Source: Tubulanus polymorphus
Taxonomy: Eukaryota > Animalia > Nemertea
Assembly: GCF_964204645.1 (NCBI RefSeq)
Contig: NC_134029.1
Coordinates: forward strand, 2,852,001 to 2,916,000
Direction of reading: 5' to 3'
DNA length: 64,000 bases
The number at the start of each line of letters is the position of its first letter. The first letter of the stretch is position 1. Positions 46,358 to 60,175 of the stretch are shown one piece after another. Made by a program: the position numbers and the translations under genes. A model generated the notes under the pieces. It worked only from the letters and a program-made list of their open reading frames with translations. It was not told the DNA's origin and did no database searches.

Positions 46358-47221
46358 TCACATTGATTTGTAGACTGACATTTTCAGGGCGCCACCGCAC
46401 TTCGCTTTAATATCGCCCGCACAAGGAATTGTACACGATGCGGGATCAGCAACACCGTGTCTGTTGTAATTCGTGACGCAGTAGCAAAATGAAGCCATTA
46501 ATCCACTATAAGGCTTACCTGAAAACATGAAATGCCAAAGTTTAAAAAGGATTAGAAAGAAAAGATGAACTTCTCTTTATAAGTTTCCCTTTTTTCATTT
46601 ATTCATAAATTTGTTCATGCGTACTCGTATGTAGCCTATAATTACCTAAGCGTCGACACACTCGCATGCAATGTTTAGGTGACATAACTCTGTTAGTCGA
46701 TCTAATTGGTAAAGCGGGGTCCTTTTTGTGATGGTAACATCCGACATAACGAACTAAAAACCAAATAACAAATCAGCCGCTTTTGTACCTAGGCCTATTA
46801 TTAGGTTAAAATACTTAAATAGAGAATTATGTTGATGATTTTTGATTTTCTAAGGGGAATAAGTGAATCTTTCCAACGACACATACGTACCCTTAGCCCA
46901 TACTATCCTCATTGTAGTTGATGGATCCGGGATGTCATATTTTTCATTCTGGTCGATGTCATTGTACAGCGAACACAGGTTTGCCGAAGGATTCGAACAA
47001 TTCTTCATGTTCTCGAACATGTAACCGTCACATTTCGGCTCAAGGTCACACGTCATTGCGCACACCATCCAGTTAGATTTTTTGAAGACCGAAATTGGTT
47101 CTAAAGAGTCTGCAATCGCTTGCAATTTATACTCACTCGAAACGGAAGAGCTGTCGATGCCTTCGGACAAAGACAGCACCACCAGAACTAAACCAATACT
47201 GGATACAAACATACTATACAT
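46358..47221 (-). CDS. Secreted PAN/apple-like + WSC domain protein, copy B (intergenic)
   Basis: Intact paralog with the same three exons (~46891-47221, ~46646-46754, 46358-46518) and conserved splice sites; TATA-like TATATATAAAA at ~47275-47285 on the minus strand. Confidence 0.82.
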
Positions 47222-48724
47222 ATCTTCGTGACTGTGAATCCGTGCGCGGATTTCAAACCTAGAATGGTGTAGGGTTTTATATATACTGCCGTGCTAAACA
47301 AAAACACTGTCTCTCCAAAACCAAATTTTTGAGAAAATTGGATCTTTTATATGTTTTTTCACATTACTTGACTCGCATTGGTGTGAAACAAGAAAGTTTT
47401 CTACATCCCCTATTGATACTCCCCCTATCTAATGATACAATCCATGTTTTCTATTTTGGTTCTTATGGCCAAAAAGCCGTACCTTTCATTGTATCTGCAA
47501 AGCTAAAACACAGTATCCGTGCAGATTTAGACTTAAAGACGTATCTCTTAGACCAAAAAGGTATGTGAAGGTTCGATGAGACACGTAATGTATCATTGCT
47601 TACATATAAAAGCAACCGCGCAGAATTTATTTCCTCATCTGAGAATTTTGAAGCATTCGGGTGCAGCCAGAGGAGACTCTCGCCTCTCGGTAATCCGTGG
47701 AACTGAATGGCAAGATCTTAACCCGCTCTTTTTGGATCGGGACCTGGTTCCATGGTTCTGAGTTAGAGATAATTCGGACTTATAATCAGTTCATTTTCTT
47801 CAGTCAAATCTTTTATAACCTGGTAATTATGGATCTGGGTCCGAATGTGTAAAAATCAGATTTCTGTTGGCAATGATATATATGTACGTTTAGTAGGGGT
47901 GACAAGTGATGAATGTCCCCTTGTATGGATAATTTTTCTTGTCACTGCAAACTTTTGAAAAAAACGTGTCATGGACTAAGAAAGATTCACTTCTAAATTC
48001 AAACATTTTGTTTTTTCATTAAAGGCTCACATTGTCACTTCTATAAAGAGTTAAAACACGTTTCAAAGGGCACCTTTGCCGTTTGTGTTAAATGGCAAAC
48101 AGCTTAAACAACAATATACAATATTTTTTATGAAAATTTATACATTGATTCATATATTACCTATGATTTCATCTTAAATCAACATTATACTATCAAGTTC
48201 GTGTTTACCTATGAGGTTAGCAACATCTTATGATGGGATACCTCTGAAAAAGTCGGAGGACCCAGTTTTCATATGATGACATTTTTTTATTTATTGACTC
48301 ATTTGCTTCAAATACAGGCATTTTTCTAGAATTTAATTCCTTAGATGTAATGCACTAATTCTGTCCTTACTGTAACAAGGCAATGGATACATAAAATAAT
48401 GAATAAAATGCTAAAAGAGAATGTAAAAAGCATCTTGTAAGCAAGAACATAGCAAGTGGCTCTTTCCAAAAACTAAAGTAGTCCAAATAGATATAAGATA
48501 CTTTTACAGAATTTTGATCTTTTGATGTTACCTACTTACTGAATATGATGGTCCGTTCTGTGAGGTGCGGTTCAAACTATGAAGCCTACAGTCTCCAACG
48601 ATCCATTCTCTATGGAAATAATTCAGGAAACTAAAAGATGTAAACAGAACCAACTGAAAACGTGACCGCATAAAAGAAAACCATAAAACTAATCAAATAA
48701 ATTGATACAACATAATTTGTCATT

Positions 48725-49600
48725 TTCAGTCATCAAGAGGCGTTACTGGCACGAAGGTTTGCATTCATCATGTTTTCTGATACGGTTACCCAATAATCGT
48801 GATAAAAAGTCTAGCGGTCGCCGGTAAGATGATGCATAATGTTTTGGGACGATGTCACATATCACATGGTCTCTCCAGACCTGGTAGCACAGTCCCAATG
48901 TTAATGAACAGATTAAGAACGACTGTGCGACGGAGTATCGTACCGGGCTAGTTTAGTGATATGAAATTTGTGGTCAATCAGTTTTTGAAAAGGCTGAATT
49001 TCCCTGGGTCCATACGCTCACCCAAACTTCACCCAGACTCGGGCATCAAGAGCAGGCACGAGGCATCGCTGCCAATTCTCCATATTTCAATTGGTGGTAA
49101 CGAAGAGGGAGGTAATGAAATTTATTTTCTAATTTCATTACATGATATATGTATCGTTGTGTTCATGTTGATAAGAATGTCCATGCTTGGGTCGCTGTAT
49201 TCGTATTACCAGTAAACAGTGCTCTAAATCCAATCATTTATGCTATAACCACCAAACAGTTTTAGGAACATTTGATTCTACGCGTTTATCATTTCTGCTG
49301 GAATTTGTTGCATCGTGATTCATAAGATTCTCGCTCTAGTGATATGAGGACTTTTTGAGTTACAACACCACGGTTAAAGATTGCGCTGGTAAGTAACGCC
49401 TGGGCCGCACCGTCGCAAAGATTAATCAGTTGAAAAGCACTGGCGTCAAAATAAGTTATTCAAAATATTAATCGTGGAATCTTTAAATCGATTCTTTATT
49501 CAAACGTGCTCGCTCCAAAACATCATCGATCAAGCGAAACATCAGCCAATAAAAAACCAACCAAAATTATCTCTTCATGACAACAACAGATTGATTTTAC
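48725..49600 (+). pseudogene. Decayed duplicate of the RXFP-like 3' exons (TM6, TM7, C-tail)
   Basis: About 820 bp of the 7TM exon is deleted, there is a small deletion at CWLP, the TM7 exon has lost its AG acceptor, CAG>TAG at 49263-49265, and the last exon is partly deleted. Confidence 0.9.
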
Positions 49601-49960
49601 AATTTTGTATAGATAAGTATTTAATCTAAATCGATTGCTAAAAATTCTGCTAACATCCATTCTTGTAATAGACCTCAATGACCTCCTCCCTCTCTCCTTG
49701 CTTGAGGCCTGTTCTTACAAGACTTATTTTCATCTGTTTACATTATATATATTATCAATTGACGTACATCATGTTGATTCCTGCCTGTAAATCATAAAAC
49801 ACTTTTTTCGTAAAAACTTGTTGCTTCGAATAATGATTATTAGATTCCAACGGCTGCGCTAAAGGCAGCAAAGATGTGATAAATTTTTGTGCGGAGTATG
49901 AATATCGAACTAGAACTATCCAATTCAACATGTTTCTATGGTTTGGTTTATGCATCATAC

Positions 49961-52900
49961 TCAAATAAAACCAAAATCCGGGCCAAATTGTCCTGTATGT
50001 TCTTCTGCAGTAATATCCTCACTTAAAGCCCCACGATTCAAATTCAGAACTTCGGGACAAAATTTACGTAGATTGTTTGGTGACGGCCACCGTTGACCTC
50101 GTGGATTACGACAGGTAGCGGTTAAGTGCTTGATCTTCTTACTCAGTTCTTGTAGTTCCTGTTTGATTTCGTATATCTCTGAAAATACACAGAACTGCGC
50201 GATTCATTTCTGTATCTGCGATTCAAGGAATAAGCAAAAGAGACAGTAATTTCAGGAAGGTTCACTCCCACTATACTCCCACCTCACTTGTAATACATAA
50301 TACGCCCGACTTTAGGAAATATCAACGATCGGTATTAGATGATTATGAGTCATTGACCCTTGATATCTATTAACTTATTACACATAGGTGTGGATTATTT
50401 ACACTAGTAGCCATTAGCCCGTATTTCAGAGACTGTTGTCGATTGAATGACAAAAATGAGATGAGCCGATTCTGATAAGAACCAACAGTTGCTCTACTTC
50501 GCTTTAGATAGTTTTGGTGACTTTTTCAAAATTAATGATTTCCATTCAAATATCAGTCATGATGAATTTCAAAATTAATGCCGAGACAAGAGCAAAGTAA
50601 ACGGAACTATAAAACAGTTAACTGAATACAACTCTATTCCAGCGGGATATTGATAAACATTTGCTATATCACTGAAAACTGTTCCATCCTTCCCTATCAG
50701 TATTCAATGATGTAAGTTCAAAAAGGCTAAATGATAATTATTCTATTTCCTATTATATATGAATGATAATCAAATCTAAATCATTATCATCAGATCTTTT
50801 AGTCAAAATAAGTGTCCAAAATCGAAATTCTAAATCAATCCCACAACATAAAGAAATTAATCTGAAAATTAGAAATAATTCTTGTTCATGTTTTAGATAA
50901 AAGTTTTTTTTACCTTGCTGTTGTTGAGATTGTTGTATTTCGTTGCTGTATATTTTGTATATGTAGCGTTTCACCAATCTGCAAATAACCTCCTAAAAAT
51001 AGACCATATATTCAGAAAACTTGTTCAGCGCGACAAGTAGATGTGTGGAAATCTATGAATCCAATTTAGAATCTGTAAAACTTTCTTTGGTAGAGTATTT
51101 ACGTGAAACATATATCAAAGCGCGATAGTTCGCAACATGGAAATGAGTGTCCGCTTCAGTTGATATTGTATGATTGGTTGTTACCGGCCTCGGGGAATCT
51201 TTAGACTTTTCTGGTGTACATATTCGCAAACTTCTCTATGATCGGAATTAAGTATGACCCGAGGTGAAAAATGATCGAACTCCTTCCTAAATGTTTCATA
51301 TGGAATTGTCTCGCGTACAAATTATTTGTTTTACCTGATAAAACGTTTTAGTTGATGTATTTGGTAATGTTCCATCGTGTTGTATGTTTTCCATTGAAAC
51401 TGATGTCGTTCCATTCCCCTGAAGGTAAAACCTCGCGTTTAAAGCAAATATGAACTAGAATTAATTTCGATTTTCCTCTCATATTTTATCTGCAAACGGT
51501 AATAACGTAGTTCCTCGTCTTGTCGGCTATTTTATACGTAACACAATACTCGTAATGATTTTTCCGTTTTTATATTTCAAAAATCGTCCGTTTTTCCACT
51601 TTCCTAAGCATATATACTTGTCATAATCTAGTCAAATTTATATAATTTATCTAAAACAATTTGACGGAAATCTATGTCTATTTGATACAACATTCGAGTT
51701 CACATTTTCATCAGGGAAATGTGTAAATGTGGAAGAAAATGGAAAATGTGTTAAGAATTACCATTTCTTTCAAAATTATGTTTTACTAAAGGTTAACTTT
51801 GTTCCGATCATTGGAACTGCATGCGTATATAGTCGTGTGTGTACCTGTGGAGAGACTTCGTATTGGCGCCGTTCGTTTTGTTTCCTTAATAAATTCCTCA
51901 CATTGCGGATTATCCATTTCAAAATTCTGAACCCGTTTTTCGGAGCTGGTAGGAGATTGAAAGGAGCGGGAATCGTAACTCCCGGGTCGAAATACGCCAT
52001 CCACAGCCGAGCCCTGGCGAATTTCCATTCTACGTCTCGGTCATTCTGAAATTTTAATAAATCGTTTCTCGGAGTAAAGATCTTTTCATCTGTATCTCAC
52101 AGCATGGTCCTCAACATATCGCAATTTAGAATTCTCTCATTGACTTTTGAACTGAGGATATAAAGAATCTCAGGATGTTAAGGAGTTCAATTACATCATA
52201 GATTCAAATTCGAATTGTGGAAGAAAAAATTCAAAATTCGGCCCTTAGCACCTAACTAGAAAATAACGTATAGAAATGTGTGTACTGTTGAGTACGTAGA
52301 CAGTATATTACCCTGTATACCATGTTAGTTAACCATAAATGAACATTATTAAGAAAATAGGCAATCAGTTTTCCCCCTCTCTCCCTACCCCTAACCCTCC
52401 ACTTCCATGGCTTCTCGTCAATTATTTATTACATTGTCGATATGATACTTACAAAAATTTCCTGAAAAGAATTGCTCATCATGGCGATAAGCATGTTTAT
52501 CAGAACGACTAGGGCTGATATTATGTACATCGAGTGCATAGTTTGTCCAATAATCTCAGTTGCTGATAAATGACTCGTGTGTGTCGAAATCAAATCCGGA
52601 TTCGTCGCCATTATTCTCTTGTTGATGTCGGTAGCGGAACTTTTTCCCATCCCGAATGTGGCCCAGAATAGATTCGATACCGAATTGAAGAATCTGAAAC
52701 GGTCGTTAGTTTAGTGACGGATGCGGTATTAATTGATATCAATAGAAATTGTTATATTGATTCATGCCACGATGAAACCAGACTAATTCTCATATATCGC
52801 GGTCTTTCGCGACAGGTTCTATTGTGTCCCCTACCCTTATTTCTTGATTCATATATCATATTCTTACTAGCTAGTTGTGTCATATTTTGCTTACGTGGTG

Positions 52901-55900
52901 AAATAGTCATTTTCACAGCTATGAGTTGAGTAGAGATTTGTCATTCCGCATACGAAGGCAATAAATACGAGCAAAAATATCGCCAGAAATCTGCTAACAT
53001 CGGCGACCATTCTACCGAATGATACCAGTAATGGACCTAGTTGCTCGTTAGCCGGCAGTAAGTAAGCGATCCGACCAAAACTGAGCAGACTGGCAAAGGC
53101 CAACAAGATATCACACAATTGCAGCGGATCTGGGGGTCCGGGTACATCAACTGAAATTAAACACGAAAATCATTGATCATTTGCCGAAGCCTTTATTCAA
53201 CAAGAACTTTAGTGTCTGATGTAACTGCAGATTTCTTGCGCAGTTACACATCGACCCACGCTCCAGGACTGAGTGGAGCATTCTACCACTAATTCATGGT
53301 ACAACTCTCGCTTTTAGAACACTCCCTCGGAGACGTCATCGCGTAACAAATACGTGACCTTCTGTCGCCCATGACAAAACTGGTTTGTACAAGAATAATC
53401 CAAATCTGACCTATTTCGGTCATTCTTAAGATTGCGTATGGGTAGTCCTTGCAAGGATTGTTTGGTCTCGCATTGAGCAGGATCTACCAGAGACCATTCC
53501 TATCGAAAATAATGATTACCAAAAAATACAGGTGCCACGACCAGAAGTTCACCATCGATTGATAGCAATAAATGGGATTTTTTAGAAATCTATTTTTAGC
53601 TTTACAACTTATCTTTTTTGTTGGGCTCGTCACTAAATCCACAAAGGCGAATTGAAATGAGAACATGCAGTCGCTCCAACACATAAACCAGCACTGATAT
53701 AAGAAACTAATTAGGGCCTAAGAAAGATAAACCTCTAGACAGTGGCTGTAGATGTCTGATTTATTAAGGCGTATTCAACACGGTTTATTGATATGTTAGT
53801 GTGAAAATCGGACATTAGTACGACGCATTTTCTTGATCGTAGCAAAAACCGAAACATCAAATCATAAAAGCTGCATATCCATTCATCGACGGTACGATGA
53901 CAATATTGAGTACTCAAACTGTGCAGTGTGCACAGTACTCGACCTGAGAATTACAACAGTAGCGCACATCATCAATAAATGAATAACGAAAAACAAAGAC
54001 ATAAATTCACCGGAACGCAATTCTTGTAGTTAATTCTTAACAAGATAAACAAGCTCGGCTATCACACGTGGGACGTGACTCGCATGTGGAACTTTACCCA
54101 ATAAAAACTCGTGTGATTTATGATTAAGGATTGTCAAGCGGCCATCTGGTAAAATCTCTGCCGAATGATGCCTCAATTTATTCGTTGATAATTACAAAAT
54201 ACTGTTAAAATAAGAGGGTAACCAGAAGCTTTTTATCCATAATGTTTTAGATTATAAAGTGGGTGAGTCTTTTATTATCATTGTTATCATCAATGTGATT
54301 ATACTTTTATTTTGTCTTCGATTTTCTATCCTTGTAACTATTTATTTCTCAACAGAGCTCGGTGAGTTGTTGTTTTAGCACAGAACGATATCTTACGATA
54401 AATAATTAAAGATCGCTTTTGATTTTTTTTCTACCTTGGCTTGATATGACGTTATCAAGGTGAAGACAGCGCTGATAGGTTCCGTTCTGTCCACACTGTT
54501 GCGTCATGGCGTCAAGTTGACACCGTACGTCACTGCACGATAACCCGGCTAACGAGTCACAACCGGGTATTCCTTCTGTCATTAATGAAATCTTCACCAA
54601 AAATATTACAGTTAACGCGATTACGGCGAGAAATAACGAGATCAGAGCCGAATCGACGAGATTCCACGAATCTGACAGATAGTCACGTAAACCATTCCGC
54701 CATAGCTGCATAATTTCATTCCATAGCATTCCTATAACACAGATATAACACATATTTTATAACATTCTTTAAAAATCACTCAGATGAAATTAAAACCTAC
54801 AATAAATCGAAGGTGAAACAATGAATAAATGGTTTTTGTCATTTTCAATTTCTTTGGGCTTCACGTCTGAGTGATAAGGACTATTCTACACGAACACTGA
54901 TATACCGGTGTACATAGATCAACAACGCGAATGGAATATTCATTATACATAATTAAAGTCATTTTCGAATCCATAAAATAAAATGTTTCGAGTTTTGTCT
55001 GCGCGCCGCATCTTGGCAGACTGTCGTGACGGTGTATTTGCTCGACTGATGCCGTCAATAGGTCGATACATATTCATGACATTTCAACCGGAATAACTCG
55101 GAAGCTGACGCTGTTAGGTATAAACAGAATTATCATCGATCTCTATCGATAAAAGGCTACCGTGTCGTTTTAACACAATTAAAAAGTCATCGACTCAGAA
55201 ATGAATCAGTAGTTGACAAAAGGTCTAGGAGAGACCACACCCTATCGTTAACTCGGCCAGGGGTCTGCTGATTTTAGCTTCCCCGATACTAAAAATGCCA
55301 AGCAACTCGGGCAGGAGAATTCGTGTTCTGTTCGTCGGAAAAACATAGACTAGCCGAAACCTTTTGTTTTTATTACCCGCATTGTATGTTACATTTTACT
55401 CATTAAAAAATTTATTTCATCATCGAATGGTTGTTATGGCGTGGATGATGCAATAATTGCGATGCAGTTCAGTAACGAGACATGTTGCTCTCTCGGGGAT
55501 CGTCTGCGACCTAATTCACTCACTGATAGTAATAGCAATTAGCGAAATCGACACAAATTCTAGGGAATTTTGAATCTATTTTTTCTATTTTCACTTTTTG
55601 CTATTACGAATAGTTTCTTCCTGAATACGAAACCAATATTCGCGTGAATCTATTTTACAATAAATGAATGGTAGCAGAGATAGTATATCGTTTGGCCCAC
55701 GGTCGTTTGGCAGGGTAAACTAGGGCGATTAGATTTCACACACTAAAATCGAAAAAATTTCAAAATCAAGGAGCGCAGTGAAAAATGGCTACGCATCTCT
55801 AGGAAAATTCTGATGAGTTATCAATAAGACGATCTGCATTCTCAGTTCATTGAGTTCGAGTATTCGAGAACTTACTATAAAAGTATTGTGAAACTGTAAG

Positions 55901-58900
55901 ATGCGGATATGAAGGATTTTTCACTTACCTACGATCCATATGGACAGAAGACTGCATATTGTTATGTCGAGGAAATACGAAGACGACATGCCCCGGCAAG
56001 CGAGTTTTATTGTAAGGTCCTTCGATCTGACAGTCATACAGACCAACAGTATCAGAAACATCAAATAGGAACAAGTGTGAGTCATGAATTTCACAAACGG
56101 ACTTGCTATGACTCGCGCTGCCTAGAAATTAGAAACAAAAACCTATAGTGAAGAACAGAAAGATGCGGCAGATTGTGGAGTCCAAGCAGCCATTAGTATA
56201 GGGTGGATTACTGAACCAATAGGTAACAAAAAGACTAAATTCCTTGAAGAATGTAAATAGCCATTTTCCGTGAACATCACAATTGAATATTCATAGCTCA
56301 AAGGGGGAAGAAGTTTTTTTAATGGCTAATATTATTCTAAGTACGTTATTAACGCTTGAGCGAACTGATATCTCCGGAGCGCGGCGAGATTTGTGACCAC
56401 GCCCTAAATTTCTGATCGATACACGGTAAATCAATGGTGCGATATTTTGTATAAGGAGAGAGTGATTCGAGTGGTTCATAAATCCAAGCGGAATAGCGTG
56501 AGAATGGAGAGGGAGAGAGAGAGAGTTCCATTTGCTCCTTTGATCGGTGACTATTTAGTTTTAACACTGCATCCACAACTATCACCATCAAGGTGACAAT
56601 AGCGTGAAATGATCTCCTGTAAGATGGCTATGAACAATCTAATCGACTATTCCGATACTCCGACATTGAATCGACTCACAGTCATATCTACGGTTTTCGC
56701 AGACCATTAATGACAGTATTTCACGACTGAGACTCAAGTCTAGAATCACTATGTCTAGAAGTACTCCAAGCTTATCTGTTATCAGTTGTCTACTAAATGG
56801 GCCTGGTTCAATATCAAGAGCTAAGCCATCTCTAAACGATGGAGGTCTGGCTATAGGCGTAAGCTATCTATACTGATGGTTTATACTGTTGTTTCAATGC
56901 ACTATGATATTCATAGTTATCACAATTAATAAATCAAATCCATTATGTTTGTATTTCTGCGATTCTGGTAAATATTTACGTTATCTCAATTATTCATATA
57001 TTTGAATTAGCAGATAGCTGCGGTACCCGATGTGTCAATGATCTCATCACGCTACTGCGGTGGTTCAGATGTTCATAAGTGAATCTCTGTGCTTTGGTGG
57101 ACGGAAATGTGGGGACTATGATACTAGTTCTTTTATTTTGGATCTCGAAGTAGTGCTCCTCTACTAGATGAATACTGTATCTATTTGATACTTCTGAGAT
57201 ATATCTGATCGGCTTACGTCCATATTTCAGAGCTTGGCCACAGGGATTTTATATGGTACTCGTAAAGTATGATTAATATAAAAGCTTATTCAGTACCAGT
57301 ACTTTGCTGTTAAAATGTATAACTTAACAATGTTTTTTCAATATTTAGGATTGAAATGACCGTTATGATTTAGAGTTATGAAGTGTGACATATGATTTTT
57401 TTTACCTTGCTAAACGGCGCGAAGATGTATATAACAGTCATAATCGGAAGACATACAACAGTAGTTGGTACTGATAGGAGTTTGATGAATATATTCTGAT
57501 GTCTGAGCCACGGTACCCCGGAATACCACAACATTATCAGCTCCCTCTGACAGGCCGCGTGTGCCAAAAACTGAAATTACATATTTATATCCATATCCAA
57601 AACAAAATATACGACTTATTATAATACATAGATTTTACAAGCAGTGTTCTTAGGGTAGTGACCTTGCCGTGTAGTGCAAAATATTCATATGAATTTGGAT
57701 GACCACCTGTAAAGGTTTGATGGCCGTATTGGTGCTCACCCGTTTTTGTTCATACTCAATTGCTAATTTAACCCTGGCGAGACTGAGGTCACCATCACCT
57801 CCTTCGTTGAGTACGGCCATAACTTCATTCGTATCACGACACAGTTCCAACAAATCAACCGCATAGTTCTTACATTGTTCGCTCAATTTAATGTATTCAC
57901 TCTGCAAAAAATTAAAGCAACTCATTTTGCGAACATTCAAATATCAAATGTGAACCGAGAATCATTAGTTTTACTACGACTAATATTTGTGGCTTCAGTC
58001 AATATTTTGACGATCAATTTATATATTTTCTTTTGGCACGTGAAAATATTGAACAGTAACAACTGTACATGTCACAAGTGAAAATGAAATTTTGACCAAT
58101 GTTTCTTGAATTTTCGTGGAAATCCTGATTTGTAAATGGACGTCATTAAATGACTGGTTTAATAAACCAGTCGATGTGTGGCTATTACAAAGAGATTTAG
58201 CGCTTAATGAAGTTCAGAGCGTGCGTTGAGACAGAATTCTCGGATAGGAATTTCTAATCTTGCCGCGGACAATAAAACGTTAATGACGAATTTGGACGTT
58301 AATAAACTGCAAAATGTTTGTTCAATTAATGATTAATGATCGTCATTTTCCTACCAAATGTATGACGTCATTTCTGTCGACATCGGAATTATCAGAGGGA
58401 GAGGGAGAGGGAGAGGGAGAGGGAGAGGGAGAGGGAGAGGGAGAGGGAGAGGGAGAGGGAGAGGGAGAGGGAGAGGGAGAGGGAGAGGGAGAGAGATGAG
58501 AGAGAGATGATGTGTTTCTATCTTAAAACGTTGATCACAAGAAGCTCTTTGTATTCTATTCGAGACGTGTAGGTAATCATGATTAGTTTTCTAGTTTATC
58601 TGACAAGGGCTTACTTACTCAACGTAAGAAAGCATCACTTGTATTGTATATAAATACATGTAAACCTCTTAATTTTACCAAGTTTTCACACCATCACAAT
58701 AAAGTCTGTAGAAAAAAAATCAAAATATCGTTTGGTCCTTGATAAGATATTTAAGATAATTTCTATGTGCTTTTATTTTGATTTCTTAGAATTGTTATTT
58801 CATATTCGATAATAAATTTGCAGTTGATATTTTGTGTGAAGCCTTAGAGGGACCTGTGTGAAAAAAATACCTTATATTCCTTTTCAATGCTCGCAAGTCC

Positions 58901-59596
58901 GTCCAAATGATGACTTAATTCAAACGCGGTAGAGATCGGATCGCCACTTGACAACGAAATATAAGCAGAACTGGCCAGCGCTCGAAATGTATTCAATCTG
59001 GATCTGGAATAGCGAACGATATCGTAGGTTCTCTGATTCTGACATTCTGAACAGACGCAGAAATAGTCATGAGGTTCCTCTACGCAAGCTCCTCTCATGA
59101 TTAATAACTGTATGATGTGGTAGTTGTTTTTGTGACAGGCTAATTGAATGGGGGTGGATTCCGGAGCGTAGCGAGGTCGCTCCGAGTCGTTATGATAAAA
59201 CCGGTGATCCGCATTACTGCGGAAAACCCGGAAAGACTTATACGCCGGATGCTTCAGTATTAATTCACAGATTCTAACGTTGTCTTTTTCAATTGCTCCG
59301 ATCAACGCGTCTTCAATTTGTAGCAGGTTACATCGTTCTAGTAAATACTGTATTATCGTATAATGTTCGGACGCTACGGCCAACTCCAGAGCCCCGCGAC
59401 CCAAATAATCCTGACAATTAACATTAATATTTTCGTTTTCGCAGTAATGTTTAACCGCTTCTAAATGTCCGAGTTCCGCCGCGCGAAGAAATTCCGTTTC
59501 TTGATTATTGCTTTGAAATTGGTTGACGAAAATCGTCTGCGACACGCGATCTCGGCAACTGTCGGTCCTGTGGGCACTTCGATGAAGGCGCCCCAT
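49961..59596 (-). CDS. TRPC: Short transient receptor potential (TRPC) cation channel
   Basis: Ankyrin repeats + TRP_2 motif [10 protein letters not shown]...[13 protein letters not shown]...[10 protein letters not shown] (58870-59596); exons ~57740-57902, 57405-57571, 55929-56121, 54434-54732, 52894-53151 ([11 protein letters not shown]), 52451-52694 (LFWATFG pore; [14 protein letters not shown]), 51844-52046 (TRP box [18 protein letters not shown]), 51334-51418, 50902-50992, 49961-50179. Confidence 0.95.
53250..53300 (-). mobile_element. Possible decayed tRNA-derived SINE head
   Basis: Minus strand ttagtggtagaatgctcc...gggtcgatg resembles Pol III A/B boxes; no full cloverleaf. Confidence 0.3.
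58394..58495. repeat. (GAGAGG)n hexanucleotide microsatellite
   Basis: Perfect polypurine run in a TRPC intron; it explains the EG-repeat ORF. Confidence 0.97.
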
Positions 59597-60175
59597 TCTG
59601 ACCAAGGATACACTGTGTCCTACAGAACGGACTTCGCTGGCAAATTGTAATTAATCTCATTAATACCTTATTCGCTACTTACAGTTTCGTTTTGCCTGAC
59701 ACTGCGTATAACGTATAAAGGAGCAACAGAAACTATCGTATCCACTAATCTATTCTTACCCGGTAGTTTTGTCATTCATGATAAAAATCGTTGCATTCAA
59801 ATTATCTCGATTAGTTTATAGTCACACTTGCGCAGAAACCATGCTCTTAAAATCCCCATGAAATCCATGCATATTCTTAATCATCACTAATTATATTTTA
59901 TTGCGAACGTTTCCTCCAAGCATCTTTCGCGGTGTCTATAGACGTCGATACTAGTTCGAGATGAAGTCCGACTGATCCAACTGCCGCAGAGCTGTTGCCA
60001 ATGAAACAAAATGCGTCATCGCGCTTTGACGACCACAGAAACGACTGTCAGACAATAAAGATACGATAAGATCCAAATTTAAAGAACGGACAAACGTTTA
60101 CGGTTAATAGTAGACTTTTTATTGCTTATAATTAAAGAATTCGTAAGTTCAGATAATATTCTTTTCAGACTAAGC

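Larger units (their letters stand above)
42518..49915. repeat. Tandem segmental duplication: ~42518-46278 and ~46358-49915
   Basis: Matching anchors: tcacattgatttgtagactgaca (42518/46358), ctacttactgaata (43727/48532), gttcatgttgataagaatgtcc (45203/49161), atatcgaactagaac (46261/49901). Confidence 0.92.

Noticed and set aside
55210-55340. GC-rich intronic block that might be an HDV-like ribozyme
   Set aside because: The nested double pseudoknot could not be built by eye; more likely a repeat fragment.
59504-59660. Out-of-frame upstream ATG overlapping the TRPC start
   Set aside because: It probably lies upstream of a splice acceptor (ttctgtag at ~59620), so it may not be in the mRNA; undecidable without transcripts.
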